Shown: in pieces, positions 1 to 9,718 of the stretch
Position numbering within the stretch: position 1 is the stretch's first letter
How the letters are laid out: each line of letters starts with the position of its first letter
Assembly: GCF_048403405.1 (NCBI RefSeq)
Contig: NZ_CP183129.1
Direction: 5' to 3' (one strand)
DNA length: 64,000 nucleotides
Source of the DNA: Escherichia coli
GTDB taxonomy: Bacteria > Pseudomonadota > Gammaproteobacteria > Enterobacterales > Enterobacteriaceae
The notes under the pieces: generated by a model
Database searches by the model: none
What the model was told of the DNA's origin: nothing
Seen by the model: the letters and a program-made list of their open reading frames with translations, nothing else
Position numbers and translations under genes: made by a program

Positions 1-8
1 AGGTTCAC

Positions 9-1445
9 ATGTCAAACAACATTCGTATCGAAGAAGATCTGTTGGGTACCAGGGAAGTTCCAGCTGATGCCTACTATGGTGTTCACACTCTGAGAGCGAT
101 TGAAAACTTCTATATCAGCAACAACAAAATCAGTGATATTCCTGAATTTGTTCGCGGTATGGTAATGGTTAAAAAAGCCGCAGCTATGGCAAACAAAGAG
201 CTGCAAACCATTCCTAAAAGTGTAGCGAATGCCATCATTGCCGCATGTGATGAAGTCCTGAACAACGGAAAATGCATGGATCAGTTCCCGGTAGACGTCT
301 ACCAGGGCGGCGCAGGTACTTCCGTAAACATGAACACCAACGAAGTGCTGGCCAATATCGGTCTGGAACTGATGGGTCACCAGAAAGGTGAATATCAGTA
401 CCTGAACCCGAACGACCATGTTAACAAATGTCAGTCCACTAACGACGCCTACCCGACCGGTTTCCGTATCGCAGTTTACTCTTCCCTGATTAAGCTGGTA
501 GATGCGATTAACCAACTGCGTGAAGGCTTTGAACGTAAAGCTGTCGAATTCCAGGACATCCTGAAAATGGGTCGTACCCAGCTGCAGGACGCAGTACCGA
601 TGACCCTCGGTCAGGAATTCCGCGCTTTCAGCATCCTGCTGAAAGAAGAAGTGAAAAACATCCAACGTACCGCTGAACTGCTGCTGGAAGTTAACCTTGG
701 CGCAACAGCAATCGGTACTGGTCTGAACACGCCGAAAGAGTACTCTCCGCTGGCAGTGAAAAAACTGGCTGAAGTCACTGGCTTCCCATGCGTACCGGCT
801 GAAGACCTGATCGAAGCGACCTCTGACTGCGGCGCTTATGTAATGGTTCACGGCGCGCTGAAACGCCTGGCTGTGAAGATGTCCAAAATCTGTAACGACC
901 TGCGCTTGCTCTCTTCTGGCCCACGTGCCGGCCTGAACGAGATCAACCTGCCGGAACTGCAGGCGGGCTCTTCCATCATGCCAGCTAAAGTAAACCCGGT
1001 TGTTCCGGAAGTGGTTAACCAGGTATGCTTCAAAGTCATCGGTAACGACACCACTGTTACCATGGCAGCAGAAGCAGGTCAGCTGCAGTTGAACGTTATG
1101 GAGCCGGTCATTGGCCAGGCCATGTTCGAATCCGTTCACATTCTGACCAACGCTTGCTACAACCTGCTGGAAAAATGCATTAACGGCATCACTGCTAACA
1201 AAGAAGTGTGCGAAGGTTACGTTTACAACTCTATCGGTATCGTTACTTACTTGAACCCGTTCATCGGTCACCACAACGGTGACATCGTGGGTAAAATCTG
1301 TGCCGAAACCGGTAAGAGTGTACGTGAAGTCGTTCTGGAACGCGGTCTGTTGACTGAAGCGGAACTTGACGATATTTTCTCCGTACAGAATCTGATGCAC
1401 CCGGCTTACAAAGCAAAACGCTATACTGATGAAAGCGAACAGTAA
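9..1445 (+). CDS. aspA: aspartate ammonia-lyase (aspartase), 478 aa
   Basis: Full-length ORF; translation matches recalled E. coli AspA ([24 protein letters not shown]...); fumarase/aspartase family signature region [10 protein letters not shown] present. Confidence 0.97.
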
Positions 1446-1471
1446 TCGTACAGGGTAGTACAAATAGAGAA

Positions 1472-1500
1472 GGCACGTCAGATGACGTGCCTTTTTTCTT
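1472..1500 (+). terminator. rho-independent terminator downstream of aspA
   Basis: GC-rich inverted repeat ggcacgtc/gacgtgcc followed by a T-tract (cttttttctt). Confidence 0.6.
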
Positions 1501-1562
1501 GTGAGCAGTAACTTAAAAATAACAATCTAATATCAACTTGTTAAAAAACAAGGAAGGCTAAT

Positions 1563-2864
1563 ATGCTAGTTGTAGAACTCATCATAGTTTTGCTGGCGAT
1601 CTTCTTGGGCGCCAGATTGGGGGGAATAGGTATTGGTTTTGCAGGCGGATTGGGGGTGCTGGTTCTTGCCGCTATTGGCGTTAAACCCGGTAACATCCCG
1701 TTCGATGTCATTTCCATTATCATGGCGGTTATCGCCGCTATTTCTGCCATGCAGGTTGCTGGCGGTCTGGACTATCTGGTTCATCAGACAGAAAAGCTGC
1801 TGCGCCGTAACCCGAAATACATCACGATCCTCGCACCGATCGTGACCTATTTCCTGACAATCTTTGCTGGTACTGGCAACATCTCTCTGGCGACACTGCC
1901 AGTTATCGCTGAAGTTGCGAAGGAACAAGGCGTTAAACCTTGCCGTCCGCTGTCTACTGCAGTGGTATCCGCGCAGATTGCGATCACCGCATCGCCAATC
2001 TCAGCAGCAGTGGTTTACATGTCTTCCGTGATGGAAGGTCATGGCATCAGCTACCTCCATCTGCTCTCCGTGGTCATCCCGTCCACCCTGCTGGCGGTTC
2101 TGGTGATGTCCTTCCTGGTCACTATGCTGTTCAACTCCAAACTCTCTGACGATCCGATTTATCGCAAGCGTCTGGAAGAGGGCCTGGTTGAACTGCGCGG
2201 TGAAAAGCAGATTGAAATCAAATCCGGTGCAAAAACGTCCGTCTGGCTGTTCCTGCTGGGCGTAGTTGGCGTTGTTATCTATGCAATCATCAACAGCCCA
2301 AGCATGGGTCTGGTTGAAAAACCGCTGATGAACACCACCAACGCAATCCTGATCATCATGCTCAGCGTTGCAACTCTGACCACCGTTATCTGTAAAGTCG
2401 ATACCGACAACATCCTCAACTCCAGCACCTTCAAAGCAGGTATGAGCGCCTGTATTTGTATCCTGGGTGTTGCATGGCTGGGCGATACTTTCGTTTCCAA
2501 CAACATCGACTGGATCAAAGATACCGCTGGTGAAGTGATTCAGGGTCATCCGTGGCTGCTGGCCGTCATCTTCTTCTTTGCTTCTGCTCTGCTGTACTCT
2601 CAGGCTGCAACCGCAAAAGCACTGATGCCGATGGCTCTGGCACTGAACGTTTCTCCGCTGACCGCTGTTGCTTCTTTCGCTGCGGTGTCTGGTCTGTTCA
2701 TTCTGCCGACCTACCCGACGCTGGTTGCTGCGGTACAGATGGATGACACGGGTACTACCCGTATCGGTAAATTCGTCTTCAACCATCCGTTCTTCATCCC
2801 GGGTACTCTGGGTGTTGCCCTTGCCGTTTGCTTCGGCTTCGTGCTGGGTAGCTTCATGCTGTAA
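1563..2864 (+). CDS. dcuA: anaerobic C4-dicarboxylate transporter DcuA, 433 aa
   Basis: ORF with RBS aaggaagg; highly hydrophobic product matching recalled DcuA; paralog of the dcuB product in this window; conserved aspA-dcuA linkage. Confidence 0.95.
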   Translation: MLVVELIIVLLAIFLGARLGGIGIGFAGGLGVLVLAAIGVKPGNIPFDVISIIMAVIAAISAMQVAGGLDYLVHQTEKLLRRNPKYITILAPIVTYFLTIFAGTGNISLATLPVIAEVAKEQGVKPCRPLSTAVVSAQIAITASPISAAVVYMSSVMEGHGISYLHLLSVVIPSTLLAVLVMSFLVTMLFNSKLSDDPIYRKRLEEGLVELRGEKQIEIKSGAKTSVWLFLLGVVGVVIYAIINSPSMGLVEKPLMNTTNAILIIMLSVATLTTVICKVDTDNILNSSTFKAGMSACICILGVAWLGDTFVSNNIDWIKDTAGEVIQGHPWLLAVIFFFASALLYSQAATAKALMPMALALNVSPLTAVASFAAVSGLFILPTYPTLVAAVQMDDTGTTRIGKFVFNHPFFIPGTLGVALAVCFGFVLGSFML

Positions 2865-2873
2865 TGACCAATC

Positions 2874-2900
2874 GCGGGGCTTCAGGCCCCGCTTTCTTTC
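2874..2900 (+). terminator. rho-independent terminator downstream of dcuA
   Basis: Hairpin gcggggc-ttcag-gccccgc followed by tttcttt. Confidence 0.55.
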
Positions 2901-2978
2901 CCGCCGACTAACATCCTTCCCCCGTCCGTTGTATAGTGACCTCTCTCTTGCGGTTCCATCTGTTCTTGCGAGGTGTTT

Positions 2979-3317
2979 ATGCTTGATGAAAAAAGTTCGA
3001 ATACCGCGTCTGTCGTGGTGCTATGTACGGCACCGGATGAAGCGACAGCCCAGGATTTAGCCGCCAAAGTGCTGGCGGAAAAACTGGCGGCCTGCGCGAC
3101 CTTGATCCCCGGCGCTACCTCTCTCTATTACTGGGAAGGTAAGCTGGAGCAAGAATACGAAGTGCAGATGATTTTAAAAACTACCGTATCTCACCAGCAG
3201 GCACTGCTGGAATGCCTGAAGTCTCATCATCCATATCAAACCCCGGAACTTCTGGTTTTACCTGTTACACACGGAGACACAGATTACCTCTCATGGCTCA
3301 ACGCATCTTTACGCTGA
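2979..3317 (+). CDS. cutA: divalent-cation tolerance protein CutA, 112 aa
   Basis: ORF track starts at GTG 2973; ATG at 2979 gives [21 protein letters not shown]... matching recalled CutA; 3' end overlaps dsbD start. Confidence 0.9.
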
Positions 3318-4990
3318 TCCTGCTACTTTGCAGCACTTCCGTTTTTGCCGGATTATTCGACGCGCCGGGACGTTCACAATTTGTCCCCGCGGATCAAGCC
3401 TTTGCTTTTGATTTTCAGCAAAACCAACATGACCTGAATCTGACCTGGCAGATCAAAGACGGTTACTACCTCTACCGTAAACAGATCCGCATTACGCCGG
3501 AACACGCGAAAATTGCCGACGTGCAGCTGCCGCAAGGCGTCTGGCATGAAGATGAGTTTTACGGCAAAAGCGAGATTTACCGCGATCGGCTGACGCTTCC
3601 CGTCACCATCAACCAGGCGAGTGCGGGAGCGACGTTAACTATCACCTACCAGGGCTGTGCTGATGCCGGTTTCTGTTATCCGCCAGAAACCAAAACCGTT
3701 CCGTTAAGCGAAGTGGTCGCCAACAACGCAGCGTCACAGCCTGTGTCTGTTCCGCAGCAAGAGCAGCCCACCGCGCAATTGCCCTTTTCCGCGCTCTGGG
3801 CGTTGTTGATCGGTATTGGTATCGCCTTTACGCCATGCGTGCTGCCAATGTACCCACTGATTTCTGGTATCGTGCTGGGCGGTAAACAGCGGCTCTCCAC
3901 TGCCAGAGCATTGTTGCTGACCTTTATTTATGTGCAGGGGATGGCGCTGACTTACACGGCACTGGGTCTGGTGGTTGCCGCCGCAGGGTTACAGTTCCAG
4001 GCGGCGCTACAGCACCCATACGTGCTCATTGGCCTCGCTATCGTCTTTACCTTGCTGGCGATGTCAATGTTTGGCTTGTTTACTCTGCAACTCCCCTCTT
4101 CGCTGCAAACACGTCTCACGCTGATGAGCAATCGCCAACAGGGCGGCTCACCTGGCGGTGTGTTTGTTATGGGGGCGATTGCCGGACTGATCTGTTCACC
4201 ATGCACCACCGCACCGCTTAGCGCGATTCTGCTGTATATCGCCCAAAGCGGGAACATGTGGCTGGGGGGCGGCACGCTTTATCTCTATGCGTTGGGCATG
4301 GGCCTGCCGCTGATGCTAATTACCGTCTTTGGTAACCGCTTGCTGCCGAAAAGCGGCCCGTGGATGGAACAAGTCAAAACCGCGTTTGGTTTTGTGATCC
4401 TCGCACTGCCGGTCTTCCTGCTGGAGCGAGTGATTGGTGATATATGGGGATTACGCTTGTGGTCGGCGCTTGGTGTCGCATTCTTTGGCTGGGCCTTTAT
4501 CACCAGCCTACAGGCCAAACGCGGCTGGATGCGCGTGGTGCAAATAATCCTGCTGGCAGCGGCATTGGTTAGCGTGCGCCCACTTCAGGATTGGGCATTT
4601 GGTGCGACGCATACCGCGCAAACTCAGACGCATCTCAACTTTACACAAATCAAAACGGTAGATGAGTTAAATCAGGCGCTCGTTGAAGCCAAAGGCAAAC
4701 CGGTGATGTTAGATCTCTATGCCGACTGGTGCGTCGCCTGTAAAGAGTTTGAGAAATACACCTTCAGCGACCCGCAGGTGCAAAAAGCGTTAGCAGACAC
4801 GGTATTACTTCAGGCCAACGTCACTGCCAACGACGCACAAGATGTGGCGCTGTTAAAGCATCTTAATGTCCTTGGCCTACCGACAATTCTCTTTTTTGAC
4901 GGACAAGGCCAGGAGCATCCACAAGCACGCGTCACGGGCTTTATGGATGCTGAAACCTTCAGCGCACATTTGCGCGATCGCCAACCGTGA
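3293..4990 (+). CDS. dsbD: thiol:disulfide interchange protein DsbD (DipZ), 565 aa
   Basis: ORF track starts at 3212; internal ATG at 3293 gives [19 protein letters not shown] signal peptide matching recalled DsbD; CxxC motifs (CVLPMYPL..., CSPC, WCVAC thioredoxin-like) visible in the translation. Confidence 0.93.
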
Positions 4991-5026
4991 ACGACACTTG
5001 CAGTGGGAAAGACGGAGGAAAATAGC

Positions 5027-5602
5027 GTGCAACGTGAAGATGTACTGGGAGAAGCCCTGAAATTATTAGAATTACAAGGGATTGCCAACACCACGCTGGA
5101 GATGGTTGCTGAACGTGTGGATTATCCACTGGACGAGCTGCGCCGCTTCTGGCCAGACAAAGAGGCAATCCTCTACGATGCGCTGCGTTATCTTAGCCAA
5201 CAGATAGATGTCTGGCGTCGTCAGCTGATGCTGGACGAAACGCAAACCGCCGAACAAAAGTTGCTGGCACGTTATCAGGCGTTATCGGAGTGCGTTAAAA
5301 ACAACCGCTATCCGGGCTGTCTGTTTATCGCTGCCTGTACGTTTTATCCCGATCCTGGCCACCCTATTCATCAACTGGCCGATCAGCAAAAAAGCGCGGC
5401 CTACGATTTCACCCACGAACTGTTAACCACACTGGAAGTTGACGATCCGGCGATGGTAGCAAAGCAGATGGAACTGGTGCTGGAAGGCTGTTTAAGCCGA
5501 ATGCTGGTGAATCGCAGCCAGGCGGATGTCGACACCGCACATCGGCTGGCGGAAGATATCCTGCGCTTCGCCCGCTGCCGCCAGGGTGGTGCTTTGACCT
5601 GA
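5027..5602 (+). CDS. yjdC: TetR-family transcriptional regulator YjdC, 191 aa
   Basis: GTG start at 5027 preceded by ggagg RBS; translation [31 protein letters not shown] has an N-terminal HTH typical of the TetR family; matches recalled YjdC. Confidence 0.85.
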
Positions 5603-5708
5603 CAGAAACACAGAAAAGAAGCGATTTGCCGCAATCTTAAGCAGTTGAATCGCTTTTACTGAAATTAGGTTGACGAGATGTGCAGATTACGGTTTAATGC
5701 GCCCCGTT

Positions 5709-5784
5709 GCCCGGATAGCTCAGTCGGTAGAGCAGGGGATTGAAAATCCCCGTGTCCTTGGTTCGATTCCGAGTCCGGGCACCA
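5709..5784 (+). tRNA. pheU: tRNA-Phe (anticodon GAA)
   Basis: 76-nt sequence GCCCGGATAGCTCAGTCGGTAGAGCAGGGGATTGAAAATCCCC...GGTTCGATTCCGAGTCCGGGCACCA with canonical D and T-psi-C arms, anticodon loop tGAAa and encoded CCA end. Confidence 0.97.
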
Positions 5785-5794
5785 AATTCATATA

Positions 5795-5826
5795 AACGGA
5801 CCTCCACGGAGGTCCGTTTTTCGTTT
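5795..5826 (+). terminator. rho-independent terminator downstream of pheU
   Basis: Perfect hairpin aaacggacctcc-acgg-aggtccgttt followed by ttttcgtttc. Confidence 0.7.
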
Positions 5827-6400
5827 CAGGACGCCACAATTTAAGCGTTCTGCCTAAAAATCATTTCTACCGAACTCAACCAAATTCTCCCCACAACACC
5901 AGCAATTTGCGGGCATATCCCAATTCGGGAAAATTTGTTCCTGAGCTATAGCACTGACTGACGTGAAATGTCGCGCGGCCCCGTGATGCTGTTGAACGTC
6001 AAATGACGTCATCAGGAGCGTAACGCATCCATAAAGCACAACCTCGGGCAGAACGCCGACTGATGAGATTTTCTGAATGAGAACAAAGAGAAATGTATCA
6101 GTCCGCTTGCTCATGCAAAGACTAACAATCCATAAAAATAGTAAGCGCGCCGGGCAATTTCCCATGGATTATTTTCTGAACATTTTTCTTTGGCAAAGAT
6201 GATGAATTTTGATGATAAGGAATATTACTTCTGGTTCTCAGTAAAATCCTTTCGTAATACTATGTAATCAAGAAGTTTATGGCTGGTAAAAATAACGTCT
6301 TGCATTCACCAATAATATGTAAATAAAACCATCTATAGATGGTAAAAATAGGTTGTGGCAATTATCATTGCATCATTCCCTTTTCTAATGAGTTTCTATT

Positions 6401-7939
6401 ATGCAACAACCTGTAGTTCGCGTTGGCGAATGGCTTGTTACTCCGTCCATAAACCAAATTAGCCGCAATGGGCGTCAACTTACCCTTGAGCCGAGATTAA
6501 TCGATCTTCTGGTTTTCTTTGCTCAACACAGTGGCGAAGTACTTAGCAGGGATGAACTTATCGATAATGTCTGGAAGAGAAGTATTGTCACCAATCACGT
6601 TGTGACGCAGAGTATCTCAGAACTACGTAAGTCATTAAAAGATAATGATGAAGATAGTCCTGTCTATATCGCTACTGTACCAAAGCGCGGCTATAAATTA
6701 ATGGTGCCGGTTATCTGGTACAGCGAAGAAGAGGGAGAGGAAATAATGCTATCTTCGCCTCCCCCTATACCAGAGGCGGTTCCTGCCACAGATTCTCCCT
6801 CCCACAGTCTTAACATTCAAAACACCGCAACGCTCCCTGAACAATCCCCAGTTAAAAGCAAACGATTCACTACCTTTTGGGTATGGTTTTTTTTCCTGTT
6901 GTCGTTAGGTATCTGTGTAGCACTGGTAGCGTTTTCAAGTCTTGATACACGTCTTCCGATGAGCAAATCGCGTATTTTGCTCAATCCACGCGATATTGAC
7001 ATTAATATGGTAAATAAAAGTTGTAACAGCTGGAGTTCCCCGTATCAGCTCTCTTACGCGATAGGCGTGGGTGATTTGGTGGCGACATCACTTAACACCT
7101 TCTCCACCTTTATGGTGCATGACAAAATCAACTACAACATTGATGAACCGAGCAGTTCCGGTAAAACATTATCTATTGCGTTTGTTAATCAGCGCCAATA
7201 CCGTGCTCAACAATGCTTTATGTCGGTAAAATTGGTAGACAATGCAGATGGTTCAACCATGCTGGATAAACGTTATGTCATCACTAACGGTAATCAACTG
7301 GCGATTCAAAATGATTTACTGGAGAGTTTATCAAAAGCGTTAAACCAACCGTGGCCACAACGAATGCAGGAGATGCTCCAGCAAATTTTGCCTCATCGTG
7401 GTGCGTTATTAACTAATTTTTATCAGGCACATGATTATTTACTGCATGGCGATGATAAATCATTGAACCGTGCCAGTGAATTATTGGGTGAGATTGTTCA
7501 ATCATCCCCAGAATTTACCTACGCGAGAGCAGAAAAAGCATTAGTTGATATCGTGCGCCATTCTCAACATCCTTTAGATGAAAAACAATTAGCAGCACTG
7601 AATACAGAAATAGATAACATTGTTACACTGCCGGAATTGAATAACCTGTCCATTATATATCAAATAAAAGCGGTCAGTGCTCTGGTAAAAGGTAAAACAG
7701 ATGAGTCTTACCAGGCGATAAATACTGGCATTGATCTTGAAATGTCCTGGCTAAATTATGTATTGCTTGGCAAGGTTTATGAAATGAAGGGGATGAACCG
7801 GGAAGCAGCTGATGCATATCTCACCGCCTTTAATTTACGCCCAGGGGCAAACACCCTTTACTGGATTGAAAATGGTATATTCCAAACTTCTGTTCCTTAT
7901 GTTGTACCTTATCTCGACAAATTTCTCGCTTCAGAATAA
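6401..7939 (+). CDS. cadC: ToxR-like membrane-bound transcriptional activator CadC, 512 aa
   Basis: Full ORF; N-terminal winged-helix OmpR-like DNA-binding domain, a single TM segment (FWVWFFFLLSLGICVALVAF) and a periplasmic sensor domain; matches recalled CadC. Confidence 0.95.
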   Translation: MQQPVVRVGEWLVTPSINQISRNGRQLTLEPRLIDLLVFFAQHSGEVLSRDELIDNVWKRSIVTNHVVTQSISELRKSLKDNDEDSPVYIATVPKRGYKLMVPVIWYSEEEGEEIMLSSPPPIPEAVPATDSPSHSLNIQNTATLPEQSPVKSKRFTTFWVWFFFLLSLGICVALVAFSSLDTRLPMSKSRILLNPRDIDINMVNKSCNSWSSPYQLSYAIGVGDLVATSLNTFSTFMVHDKINYNIDEPSSSGKTLSIAFVNQRQYRAQQCFMSVKLVDNADGSTMLDKRYVITNGNQLAIQNDLLESLSKALNQPWPQRMQEMLQQILPHRGALLTNFYQAHDYLLHGDDKSLNRASELLGEIVQSSPEFTYARAEKALVDIVRHSQHPLDEKQLAALNTEIDNIVTLPELNNLSIIYQIKAVSALVKGKTDESYQAINTGIDLEMSWLNYVLLGKVYEMKGMNREAADAYLTAFNLRPGANTLYWIENGIFQTSVPYVVPYLDKFLASE

Positions 7940-8304
7940 GTAACTCCCGGGTTGATTTATGCTCGGCAATATTTGTTGTTGAGTTTTTGTATGTTCCTGT
8001 TGGTATAATATGTTGCGGCAATTTATTTGCCGCATAATTTTTATTACATAAATTTAACCAGAAAATGTCCCGCAATCCATTGTAAACATTGAATGTTTAT
8101 CTTTTCATGATATCAACTTGCGATCCTGATGTGTTAATAAAAAACCTCAAGTTCTCACTTACAGAAACTTTTGTGTTATTTCACCTAATCTTTAGGATTA
8201 ATCCTTTTTTCGTGAGTATTCTTAGCGCCAGTTTGGTCTGGTCAGGAAATAGTTATACATCATGACCCGGACTCCAAATTCAAAAATGAAATTAGGAGAA
8301 GAGC
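7940..8304 (+). promoter_or_regulatory. AT-rich cadBA promoter/regulatory region (Pcad; expected CadC and H-NS binding)
   Basis: 365-bp AT-rich intergenic region between cadC and cadB; individual binding sites not delimited here. Confidence 0.4.
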
Positions 8305-9639
8305 ATGAGTTCTGCCAAGAAGATCGGGCTATTTGCCTGTACCGGTGTTGTTGCCGGTAATATGATGGGGAGCGGTATTGCATTATTACCTGCGAACCTA
8401 GCAAGTATCGGTGGTATTGCTATCTGGGGTTGGATTATCTCTATTATTGGTGCAATGTCGCTGGCGTATGTATATGCCCGACTGGCAACAAAAAACCCGC
8501 AACAAGGTGGCCCAATTGCTTATGCCGGAGAAATTTCCCCTGCATTTGGTTTTCAGACAGGTGTTCTTTATTACCATGCTAACTGGATTGGTAACCTGGC
8601 GATTGGTATTACCGCTGTATCTTATCTTTCCACCTTCTTCCCAGTATTAAATGATCCTGTTCCGGCGGGTATCGCCTGTATTGCTATCGTCTGGGTATTT
8701 ACCTTTGTAAATATGCTCGGCGGTACCTGGGTAAGCCGTTTAACCACTATTGGTCTGGTGCTGGTTCTTATTCCTGTGGTAATGACAGCTATTGTTGGCT
8801 GGCATTGGTTTGATGCTGCGACTTATGCTGCTAACTGGAATACTGCGGATACCACTGATGGTCATGCGATCATTAAAAGTATTCTGCTCTGCCTGTGGGC
8901 CTTCGTGGGTGTTGAATCCGCAGCAGTAAGTACTGGTATGGTTAAAAACCCGAAACGTACCGTTCCGCTGGCAACCATGCTGGGTACTGGTTTAGCAGGT
9001 ATTGTTTATATCGCTGCGACTCAGGTGCTTTCCGGTATGTATCCGTCTTCTGTAATGGCAGCTTCCGGTGCTCCGTTTGCAATCAGTGCTTCAACTATCC
9101 TCGGTAACTGGGCTGCGCCGCTGGTTTCTGCATTCACCGCCTTTGCGTGCCTGACCTCTCTGGGCTCCTGGATGATGTTGGTAGGCCAGGCAGGTGTACG
9201 TGCCGCTAACGACGGTAACTTCCCGAAAGTTTATGGTGAAGTCGACAGCAACGGTATTCCGAAAAAAGGTCTGCTGCTGGCTGCAGTGAAAATGACTGCC
9301 CTGATGATCCTCATCACTCTGATGAACTCTGCCGGTGGTAAAGCATCTGACCTGTTCGGTGAACTGACCGGTATCGCAGTACTGCTGACTATGCTGCCGT
9401 ACTTCTACTCTTGCGTTGACCTGATTCGTTTTGAAGGCGTTAACATCCGCAACTTTGTCAGCCTGATCTGCTCTGTACTGGGTTGCGTGTTCTGCTTCAT
9501 CGCGCTGATGGGCGCAAGCTCCTTCGAGCTGGCAGGTACCTTCATTGTCAGCCTGATTATCCTGATGTTCTACGCTCGCAAAATGCACGAGCGCCAGAGC
9601 CACTCAATGGATAACCACACAGCGTCTAACGCACATTAA
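8305..9639 (+). CDS. cadB: lysine:cadaverine antiporter CadB, 444 aa
   Basis: ORF with RBS aggaga; APC-family transporter; paralogous to the adiC product in this window; matches recalled CadB. Confidence 0.95.
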   Translation: MSSAKKIGLFACTGVVAGNMMGSGIALLPANLASIGGIAIWGWIISIIGAMSLAYVYARLATKNPQQGGPIAYAGEISPAFGFQTGVLYYHANWIGNLAIGITAVSYLSTFFPVLNDPVPAGIACIAIVWVFTFVNMLGGTWVSRLTTIGLVLVLIPVVMTAIVGWHWFDAATYAANWNTADTTDGHAIIKSILLCLWAFVGVESAAVSTGMVKNPKRTVPLATMLGTGLAGIVYIAATQVLSGMYPSSVMAASGAPFAISASTILGNWAAPLVSAFTAFACLTSLGSWMMLVGQAGVRAANDGNFPKVYGEVDSNGIPKKGLLLAAVKMTALMILITLMNSAGGKASDLFGELTGIAVLLTMLPYFYSCVDLIRFEGVNIRNFVSLICSVLGCVFCFIALMGASSFELAGTFIVSLIILMFYARKMHERQSHSMDNHTASNAH

Positions 9640-9718
9640 TTAAAAGTATTTTCCGAGGCTCCTCCTTTCATTTTGTCCCATGTGTTGGGAGGGGCCTTTT
9701 TTACCTGGAGATATGACT

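Noticed and set aside
12-1463. 483-aa minus-strand ORF covering all of aspA, and similar long antisense ORFs (e.g. 10736-11800 in cadA, 27963-28970 in adiA, 44574-45419 in phnE, 50854-51738 in phnM, 62301-63017 in fdhF)
   Set aside because: These are shadow ORFs on the opposite strand of well-supported genes; no RBS or independent homology, and the sense-strand products are recognised proteins.
5854-6165. 103-aa minus-strand ORF in the pheU-cadC intergenic region
   Set aside because: No convincing RBS, product has no recognisable features, and it lies in the AT-rich cadC upstream regulatory region; likely spurious.
5709-6400. Genomic island inserted at tRNA-Phe
   Set aside because: No integrase, no duplicated tRNA 3' end, and the flanking gene (cadC) follows at the spacing expected for an unoccupied site.
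9680-9718. Upstream in-frame extensions of ORF-track starts (cadA 9680, lysU 13592, dsbD 3212, melB 24992, proP 37866, eptA 32703, phnI/J/K/L/P, yjcS, ytcA)
   Set aside because: Internal start codons reproduce the known N-termini and have better RBS context; the longest-ORF starts were not used.
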